Part shown: piece by piece, positions 13,832 through 27,319 of the stretch
Numbering within the stretch: the first letter of the stretch is position 1
Layout: the number at the start of each line of letters is the position of its first letter
Source: Eledone cirrhosa
Taxonomy: Eukaryota
Direction: 5' to 3'
DNA: 42,067 nucleotides
NCBI GenBank assembly: GCA_964016885.1
Contig: CAXHJY010001496.1
Location: forward strand, 1 to 42,067
Program-made: the position numbers and the translations under genes
Notes under the pieces: model-generated
What the model saw: the letters and a program-made list of their open reading frames with translations, nothing else
The model's database searches: none
What the model was told of the DNA's origin: nothing

Positions 13832-14428
13832 TTGTACCAGCTTTCTGGAACTAACCAGTCATTTATTACGCTGTACCAACTTTCTGGAACTAACCAGTCA
13901 TTTATTACGCTGTACCAGCTTTCTGGAACTAACCAGTCATTTATTACGCTGTACCAACTTTCTGGAACTAACCAGTCATTTATTGCGCTGTACCAACTTT
14001 CTGGAACTAACCAGTCATTTATTACGCTGTACCAACTTTCTGGAACTAACCAGTCATTTATTACGCTGTACCAACTTTCTGGAACTAACCAGTCATTTAT
14101 TACGCTGTACCAGCTTTCTGGAACTAACCAGTCATTTATTACGCTGTACCAACTTTCTGGAACTAACCAGTCATTTATTACGCTGTACCAACTTTCTGGA
14201 ACTAACCAGTCATTTATTACGCTGTACCAACTTTCTGGAACTAACCAGTCATTTATTACGCTGTACCAGCTTTCTGGAACTAACCAGTCATTTATTACGC
14301 TGTACCAACTTTCTGGAACTAACCAGTCATTTATTACGCTGTACCAACTTTCTGGAACTAACCAGTCATTTATTACGCTGTACCAACTTTCTGGAACTAA
14401 CCAGTCATTTATTACGCTGTACCAACTT
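13832..14428. repeat. 39-bp minisatellite, ~15 copies
   Basis: Unit ctgtaccaRctttctggaactaaccagtcatttattacg; ends ~95 nt before the plexin acceptor. Confidence 0.97.
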
Positions 14429-14523
14429 TGTATTAACTGTATTACTTTATATTTATGTAATTCAATTATTTATTGTTAAATTCAACATTTTATCTAATGT
14501 ATTATTTTGTATTGCAATTCCAG

Positions 14524-14624
14524 CTGAGCAAGGTGCGTGTGGAAGACTGCAGTCGCTATAAAAAGTGCAATGTTTGCATTGGAGTGAAAGATCCTTACTG
14601 TGGTTGGTGTACTTTAGAAAACAA
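14524..14624 (+). CDS. Internal exon of a plexin gene (plexin-B-like): end of Sema domain and start of first PSI domain
   Basis: Acceptor ttttgtattgcaattccAG at 14522-14523, donor AA|GTAAGT at 14625. 101 nt, phase 0 to phase 2, translates LSKVRVEDCSRYKKCNVCIGVKDPYCGWCTLEN(K). C-x5-C-x2-C-x4-DPYCGWC-x2-ENK is the plexin PSI signature; plexin-B versus other plexin/semaphorin paralogues is from recall only. Confidence 0.9.
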
Positions 14625-14876
14625 GTAAGTAACAATTTTGGAAATATTTCTTACTCTTTTCTTGTCTCAATTCAAACCTACAGACACAATATGACGCTCA
14701 AACCACCAAATCTTGGATCTTTGAATACAAATGTTAAGATACATGTGAATTAACGCTTTCATGACTGCATTTCTAATGAAATACACTCTATTTTAATTAA
14801 TAAATGAAGAATCTTGAGGTATTTACTAAAATTATTAATTATCTCATTACTAAGATAGTAACTTAATGTAAGGTTC

Positions 14877-15188
14877 ATCATCATCATTTCATTTTACGTC
14901 CGCTTTTCCCTGCTTGCAAGGGTGGAACGGAACTGATTCTGGCTTGATTTCTACAGCTGGATGCCCTTCCTAACATCAACCTCATTTACAGTGAGTGCTG
15001 GGTGCTTTTTTGCAGTGGAATGATAGGGACTGGGGTCCCTATCATCTCATTTCTACAGCTGAGTAAACTCGAGCAATGTGAAATAAAGTGTCTTGCTCAA
15101 GGAAACAACACATCACCCTGTCTGAGAATTGAACTCACAACCTTTCAATTGCAAGGCCAATGCTCTAACCACTAAGCCATGTGCCTCC
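14877..15188 (-). mobile_element. SINE family B head/core joined to an RTE-like (GAT)n tail module
   Basis: 15066-15188 is the reverse complement of the family B head and core; 14877-15010 contains cagctggatgcccttcctaac and the (CAT)n-ttacgtccgcttttccctgcttgca tail also seen at 6668-6705 and 7426-7497. Confidence 0.75.
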
Positions 15189-15306
15189 ATGTTCTTATAT
15201 AAAATTATGTTGGAAGGTTTTAATTTAAATTGGAAATCTTTAAAATCTGTGATTTTATTTCATAGAACCAGAGCTGGTTTGGCCAGGATGGTAACTAAAG
15301 GGTTAA

Positions 15307-15708
15307 ACTAGGTGTTTACAGGGTTTGAGGTATTAAGATACCTGTTAATTAGACTAGGTATTTACAGGATGTGAGGTGTTAAGATACCTGTTAATTAGAC
15401 TAGGTATTTACAGGATGTGAGGTGTTAAGATACCTGTTAATTAGACTAGGTGCTTACAGGGTTTGAGGTATTAAGATACCTGTTAATTAGACTAGGTATT
15501 TACAGGATGTGAGGTGTTAAGATACCTGTTAATTAGACTAGGTGCTTACAGGGTGAGAGGTGTTAAGATACCTGTTAATTAGACTAGGTATTTACAGGAT
15601 GTGAGGTGTTAAGATACCTGTTAATTAGACTAGGTGCTTACAGAGTGAGAGGTGTTAAGATACCTGTTAATTAGACTAGGTGTTTACTGAATGTGAGGTG
15701 TTAAGATA
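15307..15708. repeat. 46-bp minisatellite, ~8.7 copies
   Basis: Unit actaggtatttacaggatgtgaggtgttaagatacctgttaattag and variants. Confidence 0.95.
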
Positions 15709-15872
15709 AAGATAAATAAATTTATTGTGTTCGTACCTGGAGGGAGTGGGCACCACCATGCTTAAAATACCCTAGAAATACTATATGGCATTACATCACC
15801 CCTATGACACCACAGGAATTACGGGACCATACTATTCCATACCATGTTGTGTATTGTGTATAAAGGAGACAT

Positions 15873-16100
15873 TTAACCCTTTAGCATTTACATTACTCTA
15901 TATAAACTATTGTATTTTCATGGTAAAGGCTTTACCTCACATAATATCTTAAATAATATCGAATCTATGAGATTTTGATATTATTTATTTTAAGAACAAT
16001 ACCTTAACATCAGTATGAGTGGTCAGTTACAACTGGTTTGAACAGGAAGAGGTGGAAGAATTTTGGCCAAATATGGCTGGTTTAAATGCAAAAGGATTAA
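15873..16100. mobile_element. piggyBac-like MITE, second copy in opposite orientation
   Basis: TTAA|CCCTTTAGCATTT ... AAATGCAAAAGGA|TTAA; interior is the reverse complement of 5161-5389 (e.g. aacaataccttaacatcagtatgag). Confidence 0.85.
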
Positions 16101-16780
16101 CCATAACTGTGTCTATTTTTACTGACAGAATTCTTGGATCAACAGGGAAATAAAATGCCTTGCAGTATTAAGTTATACTCTATTATCTTTCTGAGTTGAA
16201 ATACTTCCAAGGGGGAATGTATTTTTTCACCCTTTTTCTCTTGTTAATTGAATTAGCAGAGAAAGTTGTGTGTTTGTTTAATTGACTAAACTCAATTTCT
16301 GAAATGTGTGGCCTTGTGTTTTCATTGGAAATCATTAAAATATTTGACAAGCTGACACTGTCAACTAAATGCCTTCTGGTACTAATTATCTCGTTAACAC
16401 ATTCTATCTAATGTTGTCATCTGTCTCTGTCTCCAATATTGTCACTTTTACCCACTCTGCCGATGGTGTTATCTACCCACACAAATACTCTCTCTCTCTC
16501 TCCCATAGGTCTCTTGCTCCCCTCTCTGTCTCTCTCTACTCAGTCTAATGCTCCCAGTTCCCCCTCCTCTATCTCTCTCCTCCTCTCTCTACTCAATCTA
16601 ATAGTCTCAGCCCCCCCCCCCCCTCCCCCTTATCTACCCCACAGTCAATAATCTACTACAAGTTCCCTAATCTTTTCACCTGCGGCTAAACATCGGATTT
16701 CTTACAGGTTTCTTTATATATTAGATACGAAGGTACATGTGTCAAATAAACATCCACTATGTGTGTGTATATATATATAT

Positions 16781-16812
<32 letters not shown>

Positions 16813-16859
16813 GTATCTGTATGTATGTATGTATGTATGTATATATGTATGTATATATG

Positions 16860-17860
16860 AAGATGTGTAGTTTTGTGGTTAGGGTATTCAGCTCACAATC
16901 GTAAGGTCGATTCTTTGCAGTGCATTGTGTCCTTCAGCAAGACACTTTATTTCACGTTGCTCCAGTGCATTGTGTCCAGCAAGACACTTTATTTCACGTT
17001 GCTCCAGTGCATTGTGTCCTTCAGCAAGACACTTTATTTCACGTTGCTCCAGTGCATTGTGTCCTTCAGCAAGACACTTTATTTCACGTTGCTCCAGTGC
17101 ATTGTGTCCTTCAGCAAGACACTTTATTTCACGTTGCTCCAGTGCATTGTGTCCTTCAGCAAGACACTTTATTTCACGTTGCTCCAGTGCATTGTGTCCT
17201 TCAGCAAGACACTTTATTTCACGTTGCTCCAGTGCATTGTGTCCAGCAAGACACTTTATTTCACGTTGCTCCAGTGCATTGTGTCCTTCAGTAAGACACT
17301 TTATTTCACGTTGCTCCAGTGCATTGTGTCCTTCAGCAAGACACTTTATTTCACGTTGCTCCAGTGCATTGTGTCCTTCAGTAAGACACTTTATTTCACG
17401 TTGCTCCAGTGCATTGTGTCCTTCAGCAAGACACTTTATTTCACGTTGCTCCAGTGCATTGTGTCCTTCAGCAAGACACTTTATTTCACGTTGCTCCAGT
17501 GCATTGTGTCCTTCAGCAAGACACTTTATTTCACGTTGCTCCAGTGCATCGTGTCCTTCAGCAAGACACTTTATTTCACGTTGCTCCAGTGCATTGTGTC
17601 CTTCAGCAAGACACTTTATTTCACGTTGCTCCAGTCCATTGTGTCCTTCAGCAAGACACTTTATTTCACGTTGCTCCAGTCCATTGTGTCCTTCAGCAAG
17701 ACACTTTATTTCACGTTGCTCCAGTCGAAGCAACGTGAAATATCATAGAAGCCAGACATGATCAACTGACCAGACAAGTGTCAGTATAGGACAGCTTGTC
17801 TAACCCATGCTACCATGGAAAATAGATGTAAAACAGTGACGACGGTGTTGATGATGATGG
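16860..17860 (+). mobile_element. SINE family B element whose core is tandemly amplified
   Basis: Degenerate head gtggttagggtattcagctcacaatcgtaaggtc, then the 45-bp array, then tail aacccatgctaccatggaaaatagatgtaaaa and (GAT)n. Confidence 0.7.
16921..17724. repeat. 45-bp minisatellite, 18 copies
   Basis: Unit tgcattgtgtccttcagcaagacactttatttcacgttgctccag; 16 x 45 + 2 x 42 nt = 804 nt. Confidence 0.97.
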
Positions 17861-18263
17861 TGGTGGGGATGATGATGGTGATGATGATGATGATAGTAGT
17901 AGTGATGGTGATGGTGGTGACGATGATGGTGATGATGACGATGGCGATGATGGTGATGATATATTAAAATGAGATTTATTTCAAAATTTTTTTTTTTTTA
18001 AAGTGGGGATCAATAACAATAATAAAACATATCACCTGACTTATCCCCCTCCCCCTCCCCCCCCCCCCCTACCTGGTGGAAATGAGTGATTTGTGTGTTT
18101 GAAACTGTAACCTTCAACCTTGAAACTAGAGATTGCAGGATTTCCAAAGTTGGTCAACCTGAAAGACATTTCTATTGCTTTTCTTAGTCTAAGACACTAT
18201 TTCTTCTCTTCTCTTCTTTATTTATAATTTTTTTTTACCATTTTTTTAAAATTACATCAGAAA

Positions 18264-18595
18264 TGTGTGTGTGTGTCTCTGTGTGTGTGTCTCTGTGTGT
18301 GCCTATATTTGTGTGTGCTCCAATGTGTCTGTGTGTGTGCCTCTGTGTGTGCCCCAATGTGTGCCTCTGTGTGACTCTGTGTGTGCCCCAATGTGTGTCT
18401 CTGTGTGTGTCTCTGTGTGTCTCTGTGTGTGCCTATATTTGTGTGTGCTCCAATGTGTCTGTGTGTGTGCCTCTGTGTGTGCCCCAATGTGTGCCTCTGT
18501 GTGACTCTGTGTGTGCCCCAATGTGTGTCTCTGTGTGTGTCTCTGTGTGTCTCTGTGTGTGCCTATATTTGTGTGTGCTCCAATGTGTCTGTGTG
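18264..18595. repeat. 130-bp higher-order GT-rich repeat, ~2.5 copies
   Basis: gcctatattt recurs at 18301, 18431 and 18561. Confidence 0.88.
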
Positions 18596-19095
18596 CCGGT
18601 ATAAGCCTCTGTGTTCTGCTATCAGATTAAATGATTGGATACCAGGGTGTGGTTTAAAGAGTATCAAGGTGTGATTGAAAGGATATCAGGGTGTGGGGTT
18701 TTAAGGGTATCAAAGTGTAATTTAAAGGATATCAAGGTGTGGTTTAAAGGATATCAGGGGTGTGATTTAAAAGAATATTTAGCTGCTCTTTCTAACATAT
18801 TGAATGACTGTCTCGTGTCTCACATTGGCTTCATACAGAATTGATAGTGAAGGTAGTGGATGGTAGAATCAGTAGAGTGTCAGTATTTACCTCCTCCTCT
18901 CCCTTATCATCATCATCATAGAACTAAATGTGACAATTTGCCTTTCATTCTTCCAGATGTCAAAACAACAAAAAATCCACAGTAAAATGTACCAGTTATA
19001 TACTGGTGTCAGTTTAAATCAATCATGTCCCTTAACTACAGATTTGATACACTTGCTCTAATCAAAGTAATCATTAATTTTGCTATATATATATA

Positions 19096-19157
<62 letters not shown>

Positions 19158-19162
<5 letters not shown>

Positions 19163-19168
19163 CACTTC

Positions 19169-19212
<44 letters not shown>

Positions 19213-19305
19213 TATATACTATATATATATATCACCACCTCCACTATATATATATATATCACCACCTCCACTCTATATATATATATATATATATCACCAC
19301 CTCCA

Positions 19306-19340
<35 letters not shown>

Positions 19341-19348
19341 CACCTCCA

Positions 19349-19387
<39 letters not shown>

Positions 19388-19393
19388 CACCTC

Positions 19394-19434
<41 letters not shown>

Positions 19435-19437
19435 CTC

Positions 19438-19441
<4 letters not shown>
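19158..19441. repeat. Fixed 15-mer interspaced by variable (TA)n
   Basis: atcaccacYtccact x6 plus a partial copy. Confidence 0.88.
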
Positions 19442-19476
<35 letters not shown>

Positions 19477-19480
19477 AGTG

Positions 19481-19637
19481 TGGTTGGTGTTAGGAAGGAC
19501 ATCCAGGTGTAAAAAGCCTGCCAGAGACACTTCCGTACGAGCGAGACACAGTCTCCTGACCATCCCCCCATCAAATGGAAAACTGTCTTACCCGTGCTAG
19601 CATGAAAGATGGATTTTAAACGATGATGATGATGATG
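19481..19637 (+). mobile_element. SINE 3' module with RTE-like tail
   Basis: ggttggtgttaggaaggacatccaggtgtaaaaa...acccgtgctagcatgaaagatggattttaaacgatgatgat; minus-strand relatives at 38263-38430 and 3323-3390. Confidence 0.7.
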
Positions 19638-20501
19638 ACATATATATATTTAGGGGCAATATGCTTGTGGCAGGGTTTTAACTGAATAAGGATCTTGTCA
19701 TGTTTGTGGAGAATGATAGGAAGAAATGTTGGGGTTTTGGAAAGATTCCCTGATACCTAAACAAGACAACAGAGCTAGAGAAAGAGACGGTGGGAGGGAT
19801 TTAATCAAGTTTTAGAAGATAAGGATTCGGCTATGACTGAAGAAATATCTTTTTATTATGGAGAATAGAAGGGAGTTTAAGGGACTTTTGATGATGAGAA
19901 ACAACAAAACCTCATACTTTCTACATTTTATACATATATGATATATATATATATATACACGCACACAGAGACACATATATATATATACATATACACATAT
20001 ATTATATATATATATATTTGTGTGTATGTGTGTGTATAGTTATATATGTATATATACATTTATATATGTGTGTATGAATTTATATATATGTGTGTGTATA
20101 TATTTATATATATGTGTGTATATATCATTATCATCGTTTAACGTCCATCTTCCACGCTATGTATGTATATACATTGTAAATATATATAATGTATCTTTGC
20201 TAGCAGGGAAAACAGACATTAAATGATATATATGTTTTCTATATATATTTAATGTGTGTGTATTTATATATGTATTTACGTCCCACCCTTGCAAGCAGTG
20301 AAAAGTGGATGTAAAATGATGATGATGTGTATAATGTGTGTTTCCAGGAAAGATTGATGATGTTATATAAAAATGAGATGCCAGCTTAAAATGTTAAGAT
20401 GTAAAACTGTGAGATATGAACTGATAATGTCGCTTATTTTAGACTTAATGTTTATATTGTTCTTGTTTCTTTTGTTTATATTCACACATTTCTCACCAGA
20501 T

Positions 20502-20892
20502 CTGTCTGTCTGATACATTGATAGTATGTCTGTGTGTCTGATACATTGATAGTATGTCTGTGTGTCTGATACATTGATAGTATGTCTGTGTGTCTGATAC
20601 ATTGATAGTATGTCTGTCTGTCTGATACATTGGTAGTATGTCTGTGTGTCTGATACATTGATAGTATGTCTGTCTGTCTGATACATTGATAGTATGTCTG
20701 TCTGTCTGATACATTGATAGTATGTCTGTCTGTCTGATACATTGATAGTATGTCTGTCTGTCTGATACATTGATAGTATGTCTGTGTGTCTGATACATTG
20801 ATAGTATGTCTGTCTGTCTGATAGATTGATAGAATGTCTGTCTGTGTGTGTTGATGTGTCTGTGTGATAGATTGATAGAATGTCTGTCTGTG
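20502..20892. repeat. 28-bp minisatellite, ~12 copies
   Basis: Unit gtctgatacattgatagtatgtctgtSt. Confidence 0.95.
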
Positions 20893-21200
20893 TTAAATGG
20901 ACATCATTGCATGTTTCTTTGTGTTTGCTGGTGTAGGGGAAGAGATATTGTAGTTATGTAAGAGACTTGTGTAGACACCTCTTTACCCGGGGGCAAAAGG
21001 TAGGGCCATCTGGTCCCTTCCTGTCACTAATCCAGTCGGCTCCAGAACCTAGGGGATATTTAGCCAAGCTAGAACCTGTTTAATGATCAGGTTTAGCTTG
21101 ATGTGGGTGAAATGACCAGCATTCAGGCAGCAGGACAAACCATGTAGGCTTGTGAAGTGAAGTACCTGCCACAGTGACATCTGAGACCCACCACAGACAA

Positions 21201-21315
21201 GGTGCATAGTTGAGTGGTTTAAGACTTCGATTGACAATCATGAGGTTGTGGGTTCTATTCCCGGACTGGTTGATGTGTTATGTCCTTGAGCAAGACACTT
21301 TATTTCACGTTGCTC
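21201..21315 (+). mobile_element. tRNA-derived SINE family B (CORE-like), 5' part
   Basis: A box tagttgagtgg, B box ggttctattcc, then tgtccttgagcaagacactt, resembling the CORE-SINE/MIR core tgaccttgggcaagtcactt. Confidence 0.75.
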
Positions 21316-21683
21316 TTTCTGCCAGAAATTTCAACCATTAGATAGTATCAGCAATGGAAATCCCAATGGAAACATTGTTTCCTAGGACCAATTGGACAAG
21401 TTCCATCCTAGTTGGTGAATGAGGTCTGGGACCTTGTTGATCATTAAAAAAAGAATATTGACAGAAGCTGTCAAGACAAACAACTAAATTGAAACCAAAA
21501 TAGACTGTGGTATATATTCCACCCCAAATTCCACCCAACATACACCTCTACCATGTCTGCCATTCAAAAGGCAGTGAACCATTCTTTGGTCTCTTGCTAA
21601 CCTATAATCAACGACTCTGGAATAGAATTTATTAAAAAATATCCACTTGCCATCAGCTCACTTGCCAATGTGAAGGATATATA

Positions 21684-21734
<51 letters not shown>

Positions 21735-22321
21735 TAAGTATTTCCGTAGAAAAGGTTAGCGAAAGAAGAGTGCACTATGTATTGTACAGAGCTATTTAAT
21801 TACACACGCACACACACACATATATATATATATACACACACATATATATATATATACACACACATAGAGACACACATATATATATATATACACACACACA
21901 GAGACATATATATATATATACACACACATAGAGACACACATATATATATATACACACACATGTGTGTGTACCCAAGTACATAGCCACATATTTATATATA
22001 AATAGCAAGTGAGTTATTGACCTAAGGCCAGAGTCCAGCAATCATCTCATTCCAATTTGCCATTCGATCCCTATTTTTGATTACCTCTTCCATATGATGC
22101 CCTGCTGTGCCAGAGTCAATCTCTTCACAGATACATCAAAATATTCACCACAAACAGAACATCTTGCTTCATATATACTTACATACCTATTTATATATAT
22201 GTATGTATATGTATATATATGTGTGTATATATATATATACACATACATACCTATATATATATATATATATATACACATACATACCTATATATATATATAT
22301 ATATATACCCATATACATACC

Positions 22322-22356
<35 letters not shown>

Positions 22357-22387
22357 CTATATATATATATATATATATATACATACC

Positions 22388-22418
<31 letters not shown>

Positions 22419-22557
22419 CTATATATATATATATATACATATACATACATACCTATATATATGCATATATATATATATACATACACACATATACATACAT
22501 ACCTATATATATATATATATATACATATATATATACACACATACATATATATATGTG

Positions 22558-22598
<41 letters not shown>

Positions 22599-23081
22599 AT
22601 ATATGTGTATATATGTGTATATATGTGTGTATATATATATGTCATCACAGTGATGACATATATACACACATAAACAGACATGCAGCTATTGTGTACTTGT
22701 TTACACACGCACACGCACATATACATTATATATATATATATATATATACATTATATATATATATATAAACACATCTTCAGGTATTGTGTACTTGTTTACA
22801 CACCCACCTACACACACATATATATACATGTATGCCATGTGTGAATAGAATTGTGTGTGTGTGTGTCACTGTCTGTGTCAGTGTGTGTGTGTCTGTGTGT
22901 CACTGTATGTCTTCAGTGTGTGTGTGTGTCACTGTAGGTCTTCAGTGTGTGTGTGTGTCACTGTAGGTCTTCAGTGTGTGTGTGTGTGTGTGTTAGAAAG
23001 TGAGGAGGACTGAGATTTGGTTATATATTGTTGATAGGAGTCAGATTGAAGTGTGTGTGTATATATATATGTGTGTGTGTT

Positions 23082-23156
23082 TTATCAATGAAGGTGTGTG
23101 TGTATATATATATATGTGTGTGTGTGTGTGTTATCAATGAAGGGGTGTGTGTATAC

Positions 23157-23188
<32 letters not shown>

Positions 23189-23542
23189 TATCAATGAAGG
23201 TGTGTGTGTATACATATGTGTGTGTGTGTGTGTGTGTTATCAATGAAGGTGTGTGTGTATACATATGTGTGTGTGTGTGTGTGTGTTATCAATGAAGGTG
23301 TGTGTGTATACATATATGTGTGTGTGTGTGTGTTATCAATGAAGGTGTGTGTGTATACATATATATATATATATATGTGTGTGTTATCAATGAAAGTGTG
23401 TGTGTATATATATATATATGTGTGTGTGTGTTATCAATGAATGTGTGTGTGTACATATATATATGTGTGTGTGTGTGTGTGTGTTATCAATGAATGTGTG
23501 TGTGTATACATATATATATATGTATGGGTGTTATCAATGAAG

Positions 23543-23574
<32 letters not shown>

Positions 23575-23934
23575 GTGTGTGTATGTGTGTTATCAATGAA
23601 GGTGTGTGTATGTGTATATATATATGTGTGTGTATGTGTGTTATCAATGAAGGTGTGTGTGTGTGTATATATATATGTGTGTATATATACATATATATGT
23701 GTCTATTATCAATGAAACCATATATCTATTTATAAACATATGTGTATATTATCAATGAAAGTGTGTATATATATGTGTGTGTATATTATCAATGAAAGTG
23801 TGTATATATATGCGTGTGTGTGTGTGTGTATATTATCAATGAAAGTGTGTATATATATGTATATCTATATATATATGTATGTTATCAATGAAAGTGTATA
23901 TATATATATGTGTGTGTGTATGTTATCAATGAAA

Positions 23935-23935
<1 letters not shown>
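23082..23935. repeat. Fixed 11-mer interspaced by variable (GT)n/(AT)n
   Basis: ttatcaatgaa about 18 times at ~40-65-nt spacing. Confidence 0.9.
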
Positions 23936-23997
<62 letters not shown>

Positions 23998-24126
23998 TGT
24001 CTAGTCTGAAGGTGGGAGAGATAAGAGCCATCATGAATGATTTGTTCTGGGGTGGAGGTTATGTTGCAGAGGTTAGCTTATTATATCTTCCTCACCAACA
24101 GCTAAACCAATTTGATTAGATAACAC

Positions 24127-24203
<77 letters not shown>

Positions 24204-24509
24204 TTTCCATATCTATCTATCTATCTATATATATATATATATTTCCATATCTATCTATCTATATATATATATATATAGAGAGATATATTTACGTATCTAT
24301 CTATATATATATATAGATAGATATGTAAATATATATATATATCTATTTACATATCTATCTATATATATAGATAGATAGATATGTGAATATATATATATAT
24401 ATTTACATATCTATATATATATATATATATATATATATTTACATATCTATATATATATATATATTTACATACCTATCTATATATATATATATATATTTAC
24501 ATATCTATC

Positions 24510-24557
<48 letters not shown>

Positions 24558-24591
24558 CATATCTATCTATATATATATATATATTTACATA

Positions 24592-24625
<34 letters not shown>

Positions 24626-24885
24626 TACACATATATATATATATATACATATGTGTACATATATATGTGTACACGTACATACATACATATATATATACAT
24701 ATATGTGTGTGTGTACATTCATGTGTATATTCATGTGCATACATATGTGTGTATGTGTATATATATGTGTGAGTGTGTATATATATGTGTGGGTGTTATT
24801 GTGTGTATGTGTATATATATATATGTGCGTATGTATATATTTGTGTGTGTGTGTATATATATTTACATATGTGCATGCCTATATA

Positions 24886-24916
<31 letters not shown>

Positions 24917-25105
24917 TTACATGTGTGTATGTCTATATATATGTGTGTGTGTGTATATGTATATCTATGTCTATGTGTGAGTGTGTATATATGTCTGTGT
25001 GTGTGTGTGTATACGTATGTCCACACTTATCCTAAATAGATTTGATTAGAAAGTAAAACTAAAATACAACAAAAAAACACAAAATACAGATAAAATATAG
25101 AGCTT

Positions 25106-25136
<31 letters not shown>

Positions 25137-25713
25137 GGTCACTGCTTTGGTACCATCACCACCACCGCTATCATCATCATCATTGCCGCTACCACCACCA
25201 TCACCCCCCACCACCCCCACCACCACCATCATCATCATTGCCGCTACCACCACCATCACCCCCCCCACCACCACCACCACCACCCCCCACCACCATCATC
25301 ATCATCATTGCCGCTACCATCACCACCACCACCACCATCATCATCTAATGCCATCTTCCCCCATTAGCCAGGGTGGGGCTAATATCTAAATATAAACCTG
25401 TCTCAGGAGGTTCAATATAATTCCAGTAGTCTCTTGTTTCTATCACTCTGGTAAATAGGAATCTTACTTTGTTGTTGTTGTTGTTGTCGTCGTCGTCGTC
25501 GTCGTCGTTGTTGTTGTTGTTGTTGTTGTTGGAGGGGGGGGGGCTAGAGTACCAAACAATATCACCTGTGGTATCTTGTTTGGTTCTTTTAATTCCATTG
25601 TGGGGAGGGAGGGGAGAGGGCTTTTTTTGCCTTTAACCCTTTCCATACACCCACCTTCTCTTTAGGGTATGCACATGTATACACATGTATGCACATCTAT
25701 ACACATTTTGTAT

Positions 25714-25765
25714 ATATTTATTAGAATGTTGTTGAAGTGTTTATATATTCTTTTGGGACACTCTG
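25714..25765. mobile_element. Half copy of the 6852 MITE
   Basis: tatttattagaatgttgttgaagtgtttatatattcttttgggacactctg is a diverged reverse complement of 6853-6900. Confidence 0.7.
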
Positions 25766-26236
25766 TATTTATCAAGGATTTCATGAAACATCCCTTGTGG
25801 TCCTTTTTACCTTTACACCCTTTCCATACATCCTCTCCTTCCACCCTCTCCTTCCACTCTTTCCATACATCCTCTCCTTCCACCCTCTCCTTCCACCCTT
25901 TCCATACATCCTCTCCTTCCACCCTCTCCTTCCACCCTCTCCTTCCACCCTCTCCATACATCCTCTCCATACATCCTCTCCTTCCACCCACAATACTATA
26001 TTTATTTATCAAGGATTTAAAGAAACATTATCTGAAAATAAATATAAGCTCTTTAGAATAAACAGCTTTGTATCTTAGAACTGGGGTTGGTTTCAGATGG
26101 GTTGATATAAAAAGGGGTTAAAATAGTTTAACTCTAGATAAGTAGGGATCATATCTCGAGATCCTCTGTTGCTATTTTATGTCTTCTTCAGGGACCTGCT
26201 ATTTACATTCTCACATTTAATATCCTTATGTTTCTC

Positions 26237-26405
26237 TACGAGGGTTTGACCAAGATACTCTCATGGAATCACCGAATGAGGTTTATTTTTCAACAATGCA
26301 GTTATTAATTTAAAAAAAAAAAGAGTTGAAATTAAGGGATGCAAGATTTCACAGCTCTAGCATCACTCCTTCATAGTCAGTCTATGAACTTTTCTTGGTC
26401 CTTTA
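26237..26405. mobile_element. mariner-type MITE, second copy
   Basis: Starts TACGAGGG; shares aatgaggtttatttttcaac and gcaagatttcacagctctagcatcactccttcatagtca with 29860-30045. Confidence 0.7.
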
Positions 26406-26931
26406 TTCCAATACTAGTGTTACCATATATTGAAACATTACATTGCAGCTAGACTTGCTAGAATTAGCAGCTAAACCTCCCTTAAATCACAACCTATGTA
26501 TGTATACATATTTATGACTCAATAAGCAAAACCTTTACGCTGTAGCTTGACATGTTAGAATTAGTAGTTAAATATCCCTTAAATTACAGCTGTCTTTATA
26601 TTGTTATTTTGATGCCAGACCACGGCATTGCTAGTATATGTTATATAACATGTATATATATAATGTCTGTGTGTGTGTATACATATATATGTATATATAC
26701 ACACATATATATATATATAAACAAAACACAGTGTTCCCAACTAATTTCTTTAGAGAGATATTGGTCTTCAACGACATCTGTAAAAACTCTAAACTACATA
26801 ACTTATCTACCCAATATATATTAATATAGCAGAATATATATAGTGTGTGTATATACATATATATATATATCTGTGTGTGTATATATGTGTGTGTGTGTGT
26901 ATATATATATAGATATGTCTGTGTGTGTGTT

Positions 26932-26968
<37 letters not shown>

Positions 26969-26987
26969 ATATATATGTGTGTGTGTG

Positions 26988-27066
<79 letters not shown>

Positions 27067-27121
27067 ATATATATATATATATCATCAACGTTTAACGTCC
27101 ATCTTCCACGCTAGCATGGGT

Positions 27122-27177
<56 letters not shown>

Positions 27178-27319
27178 AGGGGTGAGGTATTATGAAGGAA
27201 TTGGTGTCATCTATATCGCCATAAATACATATGAATCCTCTGTTACCATGGTAACAACGCAGTGTTATTGCTTCTAAATTTTTTGACAAATGACTCTGTA
27301 GAGTGTAGAGGAAAGGGTG

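Noticed and set aside
13520-14561. Long repeat-protein ORFs
   Set aside because: Products of the 39-bp array; the true exon at 14524 is in a different frame from the 13788-14561 ORF.
16873-17761. 280-290-aa repeat ORFs on both strands
   Set aside because: The unit is a SINE core; its 45-nt length keeps frames open by chance.
19670-19830. Possible non-LTR retrotransposon remnant (RERDGGRDLI, cf. PRKxGGRGL)
   Set aside because: Only one short degenerate motif; needs BLASTX support.
21201-21270. tRNA gene
   Set aside because: A and B boxes run straight into a SINE core and no full cloverleaf is evident; the same holds for family A heads.
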